A stretch of 63,583 bases of DNA, counting the filler, from Octopus bimaculoides (taxonomy: Eukaryota): assembly GCF_001194135.2 (NCBI RefSeq). It is 6 parts of 6 records of this genome, joined end to end, with 100 filler letters (N's around TTAATTAATTAA, not from the genome) between each part and the next. Parts side by side here need not be neighbours in the genome. Positions count along the whole stretch, not along the records: positions 23,228 to 46,032 come from NC_069000.1; positions 46,133 to 58,990 come from NC_068996.1; 4 more parts are not named here. The stretch is one strand, 5' to 3'. The notes beneath the pieces are model-generated. The model was not told the DNA's origin. It searched no databases and saw only the letters and a program-made list of their open reading frames with translations. Shown one piece after another: positions 41,701-52,339 of the stretch. The position numbers and the translations under genes were made by a program. Every line of letters begins with the position of its first letter. Position 1 is the stretch's first letter.

Positions 41701-44146
41701 CACTTCTCACATCGCTTTATGCAGCTGTGAAGACCTCATCTGTAGAAGTTGGTAGGTTGTGTCTGGAGTCAAGACCTTACCTCGGAAATAAATTCATCAC
41801 CATCTGAAAAGTGTTTCCCCTTCAAAAAAAGACCTCATAGTTGGAAAGAAGTAGAAGTCAGACAGTCCGAGGTTGGGAGAGTAAGGGAGATGAGGAAGGA
41901 TTTCATGGCTGCAGGAGCATGCCTTCATCTGGACAACATACACATTGTGAACTGGGGCATTGTCTTGGAGGAGGCAGACTCCTTTAGTTATCATGCCACA
42001 CCTCTCTGCTTTGATGGCATCCTGCAATTTCTGCAGCAGAGAAGTATAATATGCCCCATTAATTGTGGTGCCCTTTGCTAGAAAATCATCACTACTCCAC
42101 ACTGGTTCCAAAACACTGTAAGCATCATCTTGCCTGCTGAGGGATGTTGTGTTTTGTACAAAACCCAACATCCCATACTGCCTAGCCAGAAGAATTTGTA
42201 CCATTGTAGAAGATGCAAATATCAAAAACTATAAAAGTACTAAGAGAATTTTTGCTCAAACAAAAATACCCGTCTCTACTTATAGAAAATGGCATACAGG
42301 AGGCTATAAAAATACCCATACAACAACCAAAAGAAGATGAAAACAAGAACAAAAAGACTGTGAGTATCATCTTGCTTGCTGAGGGTTGGACATGAGCCTT
42401 CTTTGGAAGTGGTGAGTTATCATGCTTCCATTGCTTTGGCTGGACTTTAGTCTCAGGATCATAGTGATAGGCTCATGTTTCATTGTGTGATAAGTCTGCC
42501 AAAAAATTTCTCTTCGTTTTCTTGGTACATTGCCAGAAGATGCTGGAAGCAACTGACTTGTTCCTGCTTCTGAAAAGGTGTGAGCATTTGAGGAATCCAT
42601 TGTGCAGACAACTTCTGCATGTGCAAATGGTTATGAATGATTTTTTCCATGGACCCTTCACTTCTTGGGCTAGTTGCCGAAGAGTTATGTGACGATCCTC
42701 CAAAATGGCAGGTTCCACTTTATGGATGGTGTTGTCATCAATGGCCATGTGGCCATCCAGGAAAAGGAGCAGGCAGGTAGGTTTGTTTGTTTGTCTGTTT
42801 GTTTTACAGATTTTTACAGTTCCAGTGATGGATTGGATCTGTAGTCTTCAAATTAGCTTTCTCCTTTCTGGTTTTGAGAAGCCTAGTTTCTCAAGGTTGG
42901 TANNNNNNNNNNAAATTAGCTTTCTCCTTTCTGGTTTTGAGAAGCCTAGTTTCTCAAGGTTGGTATTTAGGCAGTGTGTTACATATCCCAGGGCCCCAAT
43001 AATTACAGGTATAAATATGAACTTGTAAATCTGGATAGAGTAACTGCAGATTTCTCAATAGTTCAGCATAGGTATTCTCTTTTTCACTCATCATCAGCTT
43101 TATGCTAACATCCGCTGGGTAGCTAATTTCCACAACTGTGCACAGTTTCCCTTCACTATCCCAAATCATTATATCAGATCTGTTGTGCTTACATTTTATT
43201 GAGGTCTTCACTGGGACATTCCATCAGTACTCCTTTTTATTATAAGTACTGACCAAATATAACACTAGTTTTTATCTATCAGCTATTTTGAGACAAAATT
43301 AACAACAATCACATATAACTGAATTAGTTAAATGCATTGAACAAAGAAGGGAGTTGCTTTGACAGTAAGTTCCCCAGATGGAACAGGGTAAAAGTTGAAC
43401 AGAGATTACTGATGCCCTCACCTCCCACCTCAGATAAGAGAGCTTATGAAATAATCTTATTGTAAAGATTCAATGGACAGCACTGAACCCTGTACATGGT
43501 TTTGTTGTTCTGATGTTAACAACTTTCTAGCCAACCATTAGACATGTAACTACTCTAAATTATTAGAGGACATCATCTCCAACTCTAATAAATTTACCTG
43601 TAACATGAGTATCAAGATCCATTAGCTTTATGTCACTTCAAGCTGAAGGGGAGTTCTGACTGTACACGTGTAATCAGTGTGACTAATGTACTCAAAAATA
43701 TATCCAACTTATAAAGCAAAAATTTTCTTTATGTTGTGTAGGTCAGTGTAATTGTTATTTTGTGGCTGCAGTTTCAGCTTATTGGGCCAACAAAAAGAAT
43801 TCTGGTGGAAAATGTCTCATCTTTTTACTTTTCAAGACTTGTCCCTTGTTTTTAATGCAGTTGGATGTGAGTTGTATAAAATTTGACTGCTATTTCTTGC
43901 AGGTTGAGCAACTATGTAAAGGTTCCCTCATTGGCTCATCAATACAAAACTATTTATAGGGCAGTTGTAGTAAAGGTAAGATATGTTAGAAGACCTAGAA
44001 TTTCGGTCAGTTGCTCTCACCTTTTCCCCTGTAATACCTGTGACAACTTTACAATCCAGCTCCAATTTGCATTTATCTTGTTTCAACAGCATTCGTTCCT
44101 CAACCTCAATGACCTCTTCATATAAAACTTCAGGTGTACTTATCTC
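27323..44146 (-). CDS. OPLAH: 5-oxoprolinase (ATP-hydrolysing), internal five-exon fragment (hydantoinase A region)
   Basis: Spliced translation EISTPEVLYEEVIEVEERMLL...GITGEK/LHEWSEIN...GIKSLAVILMHSYT/YPNHEKQV...PMVKIVPRGYTA/CADAYLTPCVKKY...DQLK/GIQTLFMQSDGGLTPMN is colinear with OPLAH motifs as recalled (PEVLYEEV, SLAVVLMHSY, PMVRIVPRG, ACADAYLTP, LFMRSDGGL). All junctions are AG/GT with compatible phases. Flanking exons not found. Confidence 0.92.
28545..28624 (-). CDS. OPLAH: OPLAH exon (80 nt, phase 1/0)
   Basis: gtctatctacag|CCTGTGCT...TTGAAG|gtaaa; (A)CADAYLTPCVKKYVASFAEGFKDQLK. Confidence 0.93.
30518..30633 (-). CDS. OPLAH: OPLAH exon (116 nt, phase 2/1)
   Basis: ttatgttatag|CTATCCA...TATACAG|gtatat; YPNHEKQVEKIAQEIGFEHISLSFDVIPMVKIVPRGYT; absent from the ORF track. 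Confidence 0.93.
31215..32120 (+). mobile_element. 5'-truncated RTE: ORF2 C-terminus, complete 3' UTR and (GAT)n tail (in an OPLAH intron)
   Basis: MLRWMCNV...LRWYGHVVRMDEDSCVKKC...GRGRPRKTWDEVV. Confidence 0.9.
33261..33367 (-). CDS. OPLAH: OPLAH exon (107 nt, phase 0/2)
   Basis: ctatattgcag|TTACAT...TACAC|gtaagg; LHEWSEINTEKLKQDLVTVYGQGIKSLAVILMHSY(T). Confidence 0.92.
33715..35200 (+). mobile_element. CR1-like LINE 3' fragments (33715-34175 and 34940-35200), separated by a gap and an RTE UTR piece
   Basis: RSFKTRDQEVML...LEAVQ...YW.RLKKL.LYSL....RY.IIY.WKILEGLVPN; FNALPKNI....FKKELDILL...DEP. Confidence 0.7.
35365..38274 (+). mobile_element. Tigger/pogo (TIGD1-like) DDE transposon split by an RTE insertion; right TIR present
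   Basis: EQVFSMDETGFFRKKM...LLVMDNAGSH...PTNTTSLIQPMDQGVIHTF; ORF resumes at 37550 (PEDIQHEAVNNVVKLAK); ends ...aataccaggggactactg|TA. Confidence 0.88.
36124..37549 (-). mobile_element. 5'-truncated RTE nested in the Tigger
   Basis: (CAT)n tail at 36121, UTR with ~4 units, RT C-terminal remnants; ctca duplicated at both junctions. Confidence 0.88.
40780..41630 (-). mobile_element. RTE ORF2 and UTR fragment
   Basis: WEKFRELLPLLVTKGLSLKVKDRLYD...GSET. Confidence 0.8.
41690..42770 (-). mobile_element. Degenerate mariner transposase interrupted at 42144-42385
   Basis: ILEDRHITLRQLA; HNETW; SAGKMMLTVF; LLQDNAPVH; LPYSPNLGLSDFYFF. Confidence 0.88.
42144..42362 (+). mobile_element. Penelope-like element RT C-terminal fragment nested in the mariner
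   Basis: NIPYCLARRICTIVED...LREFLLKQKYPSLLIENGIQEAIKIP; flanked by a 23-bp duplication. Confidence 0.7.
42790..43230 (-). mobile_element. RLE-clade non-LTR retrotransposon 3' fragment
   Basis: KHNRSDIMIWD...VVEISYPAD...EKENTYAEL (PD-(D/E)xK-like), then GALG and GTVKICK. Confidence 0.75.
44021..44146 (-). CDS. OPLAH: OPLAH exon (126 nt, phase 0/0)
   Basis: ttttatttacag|GAGATAAGT...GAAAAG|gtgag; EISTPEVLYEEVIEVEERMLLKQDKCKLELDCKVVTGITGEK. Confidence 0.92.
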
Positions 44147-44572
44147 CTGTAAATAAAATAACACAAATAGATAAATAAGGAAAAATAATGATGACTTTGG
44201 AAAAATATCTATTTGAAACGTAGGTAACAGATGATTATGAAAAAAACACATCTACTTGAAAAGTAAGTAACAGGTGATTATGATAAAGATATCTTTATTT
44301 ATTAAACACTTCCAACTGATAAGATCATCACTTAACGTTGCTGGTCCATGCTAGTATGGGTTGGACAGTTTGACAGGATCTCATGGATCCAATGACTGGA
44401 TCATGTACTAATGTTTGTTTTGGCATGGTTTCTATGGTTGCATGCCCATCCTAATGTCAGCTACTTTACAGCATGTACTGGGACCATACACTGTTGGTTC
44501 TACAAGGCTGAGGTCTGAAAAAGTTGTTGGATCACCTTCACATTACAGATAATGTTCATATTATTTATGAAG

Positions 44573-44969
44573 GTGCATGGCTCAAAGGTTAGAGTGTCAA
44601 GCTTACGATCGTGAGATTGTGAGTTTGATTCCCAGACCAGGCTGCATGTTGTGTTCTTGAGCAAGACACTTTATTTCATGTTGCTCCAGTTAACTCAGCT
44701 GTAGANNNNNNNNNNATTTCATGTTGCTCCAGTTAACTCAGCTGTAGAAATGAGTTGCGACATCACTGGTGCCAAGCTATATTGGCCTTTGCCTTTCCCT
44801 TGGATAGCATCAGTGCTGTGGAGAGGGGAGGCTGGTGTGCTGGCCTTCCACAGACTGCTGGCCTTCCACAGACTGCTGGCCTTCCACAAACAACCTTGCC
44901 CGGACTTGTGCCTCGGAGGGTAACTTTCTAGGTGCAATCCCATGGCCATTTATGACCAAAGGGGTCTCC
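44573..44969 (+). mobile_element. tRNA-derived SINE family C with an 11-bp TSD
   Basis: A/B-box-like head, cttgagcaagacactttatttca core; TATTTATGAAG at 44562-44572 and 44970-44980. Confidence 0.85.
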
Positions 44970-44999
44970 TATTTATGAAGCAGAGATCCAAGATGTTGT

Positions 45000-45400
45000 T
45001 ACTGCTGGTTGGCTGGAGTATCACTTGTTCCATAAACAGCATATTTGGAAGTTCAAGTAATGATGCTGCATACATTTGTTCATGAAATGACATTCAAGAG
45101 AGAAGGTGGCATTCAGACCATTTAACATTTGGGAGGTTGAAATCACCCAGGATGACTATATTGATGTATTGGTACAGGTTGGTCAATACCCCTTTTATGT
45201 ATCTGAGGCTATTCTCAAATTTACCATCATGTTTTGAGGTGTTTAATGGATAATATTGTGTACATATTACCACATCAAGTTGCTTTCAATGTACTATGAG
45301 TGTATCACAAGTCACGTTTGAATGTGACAACAGAATAAATGGTGTGACATCTTCATGAATGTACATCACTACTCCACTGTGACCTCATTTTCTTCTGTCA
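45000..45400 (-). mobile_element. CR1/L2-like APE endonuclease remnant
   Basis: NIVILGDFNLPNVKW on the minus strand. Confidence 0.6.
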
Positions 45401-45814
45401 GCATAAATTGGTACATGTATATCTGCATCATTTATGTATGTAATGTAATGTAATGTAATGGTATGTATGTATGCATGTATGTATGTGTATATGTGTGAGT
45501 GTGTCTGTGTATGTATGTATGTATGTGTATATGTATGTGTGTGTCTTTGTCTGTTTGCATCCTTGTAACTTAGTGGTCTGGCAAAAGAGCCTGAGAATAA
45601 GTACCAGACTTAAAACTAAGTACTGGGGTTGATTCATTCAACTAAACAATTCAAGGTGGTGCTCCAGCATGGCTGCAGTCTAATGACTGAAACAAGTAAA
45701 TACATGAACATGATCTACCTGATGTCCATGGATGCTACAGATTGTACATTTTGCCCAGCATGCTAATGATTCTGCCAGTTCACCACCTTCAAATAATAAT
45801 AATAATAATAATAA

Positions 45815-45998
45815 TTCTTTCTAATAAAGGCACAAGGCCTGGAATTTTGGGGGAGGGAACTAGTCAGTTAAATTGACCCCAGTGTTTCCGTGGTATTTAA
45901 GTCATTCACCCCGGAAGGGTGAAAGGCAAAGTTGACCTAGGCGGAATTTGAACTCAGAATATAGCAGTGGATGAAATACCACCCAGCATTTCGCCCAA
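45815..45998 (-). mobile_element. SINE family B
   Basis: Matches 11090-11300. Confidence 0.8.
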
Positions 45999-46132
45999 GA
46001 ACATGGACTATGATCTGAAGAAACATGATGTCNNNNNNNNNNNNNNNNNNNNNNNNNNNNNNNNNNNNNNNNNNNNTTAATTAATTAANNNNNNNNNNNN
46101 NNNNNNNNNNNNNNNNNNNNNNNNNNNNNNNN

Positions 46133-46207
<75 letters not shown>

Positions 46208-46242
46208 GTTTTTCGTTCTCTTTCCATTTTTTCCCCTCATCC

Positions 46243-46278
46243 CTTTCTGTCGAAGAGCCTAGGCTCGAAATGTCAAAG
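46243..46278 (+). ncRNA. Minimal type I hammerhead-ribozyme-like motif, variant core (A6U)
   Basis: CUUU-CUGUCGA-A-GAGC(CUAG)GCUC-GAAA-UG-UC-AAAG; stems I and II pair perfectly. Confidence 0.45.
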
Positions 46279-46364
46279 ACTTTTCTATTCTTCCCGAGCG
46301 TCAAGTTAATACCCCTGCCTGGTTTTTACCTCATCTTCGTCCTTTGTTTTCTGTAAATTTGAAC

Positions 46365-46396
<32 letters not shown>

Positions 46397-48008
46397 TGTA
46401 TGTATGTATGTATGTATTTCTGTATGTATGTATGCATGCATGCATGTATGTATGTATGTATGTATGTATGTATGTATGTATGTATGTATGTATGTATAAA
46501 CACTGTTTCAGAAGACCCTACTCTCCTCCGTCACCTTACTAGAGAAATTTAGTGAAAGCCAACTTATCGACATCAGCTTTCAGCAAAGTATTCGACCTTA
46601 CGAATCTCCTACCGAGTTGTTTCCTTATTTGGTTGTAACCATCTCTCAGATTTTAAGTCGATAGCTTATCTTTGAACCACTCCATTCCTGCATGTGTTAC
46701 TCTTTTCTCTGATAAATGAGCCGTCCCAGGCATGAAAGCGGATATTACTCCTATGAGCTGGATTAATCTGGTTCAGATCCCACGTCGGCCATCTTTGCTT
46801 TTCTGGTGTAGTTCTTTAAAAAAAAATTATCAGTTGAAGACCTCGGGTTGGTTTATATTCATTTAATTCATTTTAGTTGTGAATGGTCCCACAACAGCCG
46901 ATTAAAGACCCGATCAAGAAAAAAAAAATAAAAGAACAGAGAAACAGCTTGTAGCAGGAAAACTTTTATTCGCTGCCAAGTTCTACATTCACCATTGTGT
47001 GACGATAACGTTTATGTTTCCTGCACTCAATAATTCGAAACGATAACTGTAGGAACATAACCCCCTGCTAATACCGGGGGACTACTGATTTTATATATNN
47101 NNNNNNNNNNNNNNNNNNNNNNNNNNNNNNNNNNNNNNNNNNNNNNNNNNNNNNNNNNNNNNNNNNNNNNNNNNNNNNNNNNNNNNNNNNNNNNNNNNNN
47201 NNNNNNNNNNNNNNNNNNNNNNNNNNNNNNNNNNNNNNNNNNNNNNNNNNNNNNNNNNNNNNNNNNNNNNNNNNNNNNNNNNNNNNNNNNNNNNNNNNNN
47301 NNNNNNNNNNNNNNNNNNNNNNNNNNNNNNNNNNNNNNNNNNNNNNNNNNNNNNNNNNNNNNNNNNNNNNNNNNNNNNNNNNNNNNNNNNGTTTGTATGT
47401 ATTTATGTAGGTAGGTAGGTAGATTATATGTGTGCCTGTATACACGTACTTATAAAAATGGTAGAACTATTTATGGACAACACACTGCAGTGAAATCAAC
47501 ATACTGAAATAATAAACCCGACATCGTGGGTCTATTGAGAGAAGAAGACAATAAGACAAAATATGTAATAACACACGACAAAGAAACCATGTAATATGAC
47601 AAGAGGACATTGAGATCAAATTATAGTAAGCCAATATGACAAACGATAATAGATGAAACAAATTATATAGAAACAAATCCAAAAGAAAAAAAAACGCATT
47701 TTATTAATTATAATCTTGCAGCAAATGAAAGACTGAGGCTAACATTAGAACATGTACAAAACTAGTAACTGCCTTAATGTAGTTGAGCTAATGAGTGAAC
47801 TTCTATGTGGTCATTCAATCTGCTAGAAATACTTGCTAGCAAAATCTCCCTTGTGGGGTGTATAGTTTCGTGCGTTATAAAACGCGAGCATTTAACAATA
47901 AATTTATTTAAGGCAAGGCTTGAACATTCATACATACATAATTATTAGATGGTCACCGATAGAGGGACTTAGGATATAGGGATCGATTTTCATGGTGTCT
48001 AAATTCTA

Positions 48009-48356
48009 GGTAGGTAAATTCTAGGTAGGAGCACTCCGTCGGTTACGACGATGAGGGTCCCAGCTGATCCAATCAACGGAACAGCCTGCTCATGAAATTA
48101 ACGTGCAAGTAACTAAGCAATCCACAGACACGTGTACTCCTAACGTAGTTCTCAGGGGGATTCAGTGTGACACATAGCGTGACAAGGCTGGCCCTTTTGA
48201 AATACAGGTACTACTCATTTTTGCCAGCTGAGTGGACTGGAGCAACGTGAAATAAAGTGTCTTGCTCAAGGACACAACGCGTCGCCGGGAATTGAACTCA
48301 CGACCTTACGATCGTGAGCCGAGTGCCCTAACCACTAAGCCACGGGCCTTCACGCA
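48009..48356 (-). mobile_element. tRNA-derived SINE (family C head, different tail) with an 11-bp TSD
   Basis: Head gaaggcccgtggcttagtgg...gagttcaattccc; TCTAAATTCTA at 47998-48008 and 48357-48367. Confidence 0.88.
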
Positions 48357-49279
48357 TCTAAATTCTACTGCTATTAAAGAGAAGGAAGATGTGAGTTATT
48401 CGATTCTACTCACATTTCTGGCTTATTTGTGACGAGAAGTGAAATAATGTATCTTTAACTGTATTTACTCGACCAACAGTTATCTTAGAGATGTGAGACA
48501 GCTAGATCTTGTTGAAGCTTTTTCGCCTATTTGCTTGGCAAGAACCCAGTTGTGTTTTTTCTGGTGTTATCAGAGCTCTACGAGTTCCTTCACTCGAAGA
48601 AACGAGCACGAATCTCAAGGACGCTTGAGATGATGTTCTAACTAGTGGCATGATCTCCGGCAAGCCGATTGGTTGATAAGTAGGATGTTTAGGTGAAGAT
48701 CGCATACCCCAACTGTGGGGTCACTTATGATCCTGAACTGGTAATTCAGAAAAAGTGTTCGAATCCCAGGACTCGCTACACTCTCAAATTACACCTTGCT
48801 GTCGTAAAAAAGGATGATATATTGGACAACGTCGTAGTCCAGTTATGAGCAACCTTTGTTCGAGACGTAGGCCACATTAGATATGGTTCAACATCAGGCA
48901 GGCCACCAGAAAATAAGTGAAGGTAATTTTTCGTTAGTCATGACTTTTAGAAAGTCACACGGGCCACAAGTTGCGCATGACTGGTTGCCCCTTTAGACAT
49001 GTTAGTCATAAGTCTGACATGTTCAGAAAATGATGGTTTATTCTGTCTTTCAATTGATTCCGAATGATGTTGACATCTTCTATGTGGAAACAATGAGAGA
49101 ACCGCTACATTGTCGCTCCACCTGCAAGATGTAGCAGCCAAATTTCCCTCAAATTATATCCATGCTGTCTAGATAGTTTTTTTCTTTTTTTTTTTTTTTC
49201 ATTTCTAGAATCCTAATGGATGCCCATATTTGGAAAATCTTTAACATAAATCAAACCGATCAAAGTTGATGCGGGGTTA

Positions 49280-49610
49280 AAACATCTCTGATCATGAGCA
49301 GAAGTAGTGGGGGAGCATCATAGCCATGTGTTGAGAGGAATTCTTTGGGGTTTGAATAATTCATCTTTAGAAACATAGTTGTTTTGCTCAACATCCTTAA
49401 ACAAACCTTATTCAGGGACCTTTTGAGCGGGATGGGCTACTCAACCTGAAGAAAATTCTAACTGGGCCCCACCTGCGAGTTCAAGCGCTGTTTATCTTGA
49501 TATGAGATCACCATGCCGTGCACATATGGTTCTAATGTATGTTCCTGGTATACCCTTATCAGACGGGTAGTCATGATGGGTATACTGGGCTTCGTATAAT
49601 TGTACCCTTC
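49280..49610. repeat. Unclassified interspersed repeat (second copy at about 62280-62500)
   Basis: Shared ctctgatcatgag.agaa.tagtggggga.catcatagccatg.gttgagaggaattct...gctgtttatcttga. Confidence 0.75.
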
Positions 49611-49619
49611 GTATAATTG

Positions 49620-49934
49620 TACTCTCACAAACGAGAATATTAAAAATGAACCCGACCGCTGTCAAAAATTAATTAAAAGATAACAGAAAAATCATCCAGA
49701 ATCCTTCTCCGGTACCGGATCGATTCCAAAATCTAATCAATTTGTGCCAGTCACGAGGCCAAACATCCCTGAAAGTTTCATCCGAATCTATCCAGCGGTT
49801 CTTGAGATATCTTGTCCNNNNNNNNNNTCTATCCAGCGGTTCTTGAGATATCTTGTCCACGGACAAACAAACAAACAAACAAACAAACAAACGCGACTGA
49901 AAACAATACCTCCGCCTTCACTAAGGCGGAGATA
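49620..49934. mobile_element. Helentron/Helitron2-like non-autonomous element (DINE/HINE architecture)
   Basis: Terminal 9-bp hairpin CTCCGCCTT-CACT-AAGGCGGAG (49910-49931) next to an (ACAA)n tract; body resembles known non-autonomous Helentrons (from memory). Confidence 0.6.
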
Positions 49935-50349
49935 GTAATAATAATAATAATAATAATATTGATAATGATAATGATAATAAAGAAAAATAATAATAATAAT
50001 CCTCGCTGGAATATGGACAACAACAACAGTTACATACTGTTGTTGTTTTACTCTTTCTTCTTACAGATCGGATTTGCAAAATGCCTGTTATCTTGCTTCT
50101 CAGCTTGCTCCGATAATCCTAGCTTTCCTATAATGTTATTTGAATATTCATTAATATGCCAAGTGTTCAAGTGATTAACACTTTAAACGTAAAATTATAG
50201 TCAGAGTAGAGGAGAGGCCAGGTTCGAAACAGTTATCTATTGATATTATTCGTGTTAGTTTTCGGAAAAGAGAATCCACATCTGCGGGAAATTAACTTCC
50301 ACGACTACACACGATGCTAATTTATCGTACAATGAACTCAAGAGCATTA

Positions 50350-51310
50350 AAAGGCAGTAACAAGCAATCCCTTTCAGTAATTTGAGAACCGAATAAAAGG
50401 GCTTCGGTCAGAAAATAGTTGACTGAAGAATGATTCAATATGCATTTTTGTTCCACATTTGAAAAATATTGCAAAAAAAAAAGACAATAATAATTTAGAT
50501 TTCAAAGTTCTTTTAATTTTAGGTAATGCCGCTGGGCATTCACTTAATGATTTAAATAGCAAAGTGAAGGTTATATTTCTACTACAAAATGCGATTTCTT
50601 TACTACAGCCGATGGACCAGGGAGTGATTTCTACATTCAAAGCATATTATGTGCGAAGAACTTTCGCCCAGGTAATTCAAGTTATAACTGGAGATAATTC
50701 AATCACTCTTGAAGAATTTGGGGAAAAAAACTGATATTAAACAAGCAGTTGAAAACGTCCACAAGTCTTGGAAGTCTTGCATGAGGGCAGTTTGGCAGAA
50801 TCTTTTGCCTGAATGCACTAACGATTTTTTCGGTTTCAATAATCCCAACAACAAAGTCATTGATGAAATTGCTACAATTGGAAGANNNNNNNNNNTTCAA
50901 TAATCCCAACAACAAAGTCATTGATGAAATTGCTACAATTGGAAGAGACCTCTGCTTTGAGGAATTAAGGAATTAGATTTGGAAAATGCTAGAAAATTAT
51001 TGGAATCGCTTCAAAAGAAAAAAAAATAACTAAGTAATGACGATCTTCTTGGAATTAAGCATCAAAAGGCATACGAAGAAGACGAAAAGGAAGCAGAAGA
51101 AATGGAAACCACACCCAAAGATATTTCAGTCAAAAAACTTGAAGAATTGTTACAAACAATTGAAAAAGCAAAAGAACTTGTTCAAGAGACTGGTTAAGAT
51201 GAAAAAAAGATGCATGAAAGTTCGACGAGGACTAGATAAGCAAATTGATTTTTATCGCAAAATCATGGAAGAAAGGAAAAAAGCTACCATTGTTTAATTG
51301 AAGTTAGATA
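50350..51310 (+). mobile_element. Tigger/pogo DDE fragment
   Basis: FKVLLILGNAAGH...LLQPMDQGVISTFKAYYVRRTF; downstream acidic/coiled region; no TIR seen. Confidence 0.85.
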
Positions 51311-51361
51311 AGGTTTTTAGTAAAAAGTAAAATTCAAATCTTAATATATTTTTTTAATATA

Positions 51362-51549
51362 GGCGCAGAAGTGGTTATAGGAGCAGGGGTGGCTGTGTGG
51401 TAAGTAGCTTGCTTACCAACCACATGGTTCCGGATTCATTCCCACTGCGTGGCACCTTGGGCAAGTATCTTCTACTATAGCCTCGGGTCGATCAAAGCCT
51501 TGTGAGTGGATTTGGTAGATGGAAACTGAAAGAAGCCCGTCGTATATAT

Positions 51550-51608
<59 letters not shown>

Positions 51609-51839
51609 TGTGTGTGTGTATGTTTGTGTGTTGTGTTTGTCCCTCCACCATCGCTTGACAACCGATGCTGGTGTGTTTACGTCCCCGTAACTTAGCGGTT
51701 CGGCAAAATAGACCGATAGAATAAGTACTAGGCTTACAAAGAATAAGTCCTGGGGTCTATTTGCTCGACTAAAGGTGGTGCTCCAGCATGGCCGCAGTTA
51801 AATGACTGAAACAAGTAAAAGAGATAAAAGAGATAAAAG
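51362..51839 (+). mobile_element. SINE family A, full length
   Basis: tRNA-like head (tggctgtgtggt; ggttccggattcattccc), CORE-like gcaccttgggcaagt, internal (TA/TATG)n, (gtaaaaga/gataaaaga) tail. Confidence 0.88.
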
Positions 51840-52339
51840 GGATATCTTCGATGATTTAAAGCAAATGCAATGCATTATAGATGTGCTTTGAAAGAAAAAA
51901 ATGTTTATAATTTTGGTATTTTCCAGGGTTCTTTATAATTATTGCATTGATTCTTAGGCTTGATTAGTGTGGTTTTGGTATATGTGGTGTTTCGCGAGAA
52001 TTAACCGTACTAATCAAGGAATTCTTGTAATATACGACGAGCTTTTTTTCAGTTTCTGTTGTGTTGTTGTCACAGTTAGATATGAACTCCGTTACTGTGG
52101 ATTTGTCTTCAGCTTCACAGAATTTATTCTTGAATCTTTTGTCTACAACGCACAAAGTAATTTGCACTTAACTGCAATTGGCACGTCCGATTATGCTTAT
52201 CAATACTACCATATAGTTTTTCTTTAAAAAGGGGTCGAAGAAGCACATTTCTATGCGACCAGCAAGGAAGAAGGACATTTCTGGGACCAGATCAGTGACC
52301 ATGTGATTGGTAAGCAGTCTACTTACCACACTGCTATTT

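Noticed and set aside
48280-48356. tRNA-like sequence with A/B boxes (also 44573-44640 and 51380-51445)
   Set aside because: Continues into SINE body and tail, with TSDs on two of the three; no complete cloverleaf.
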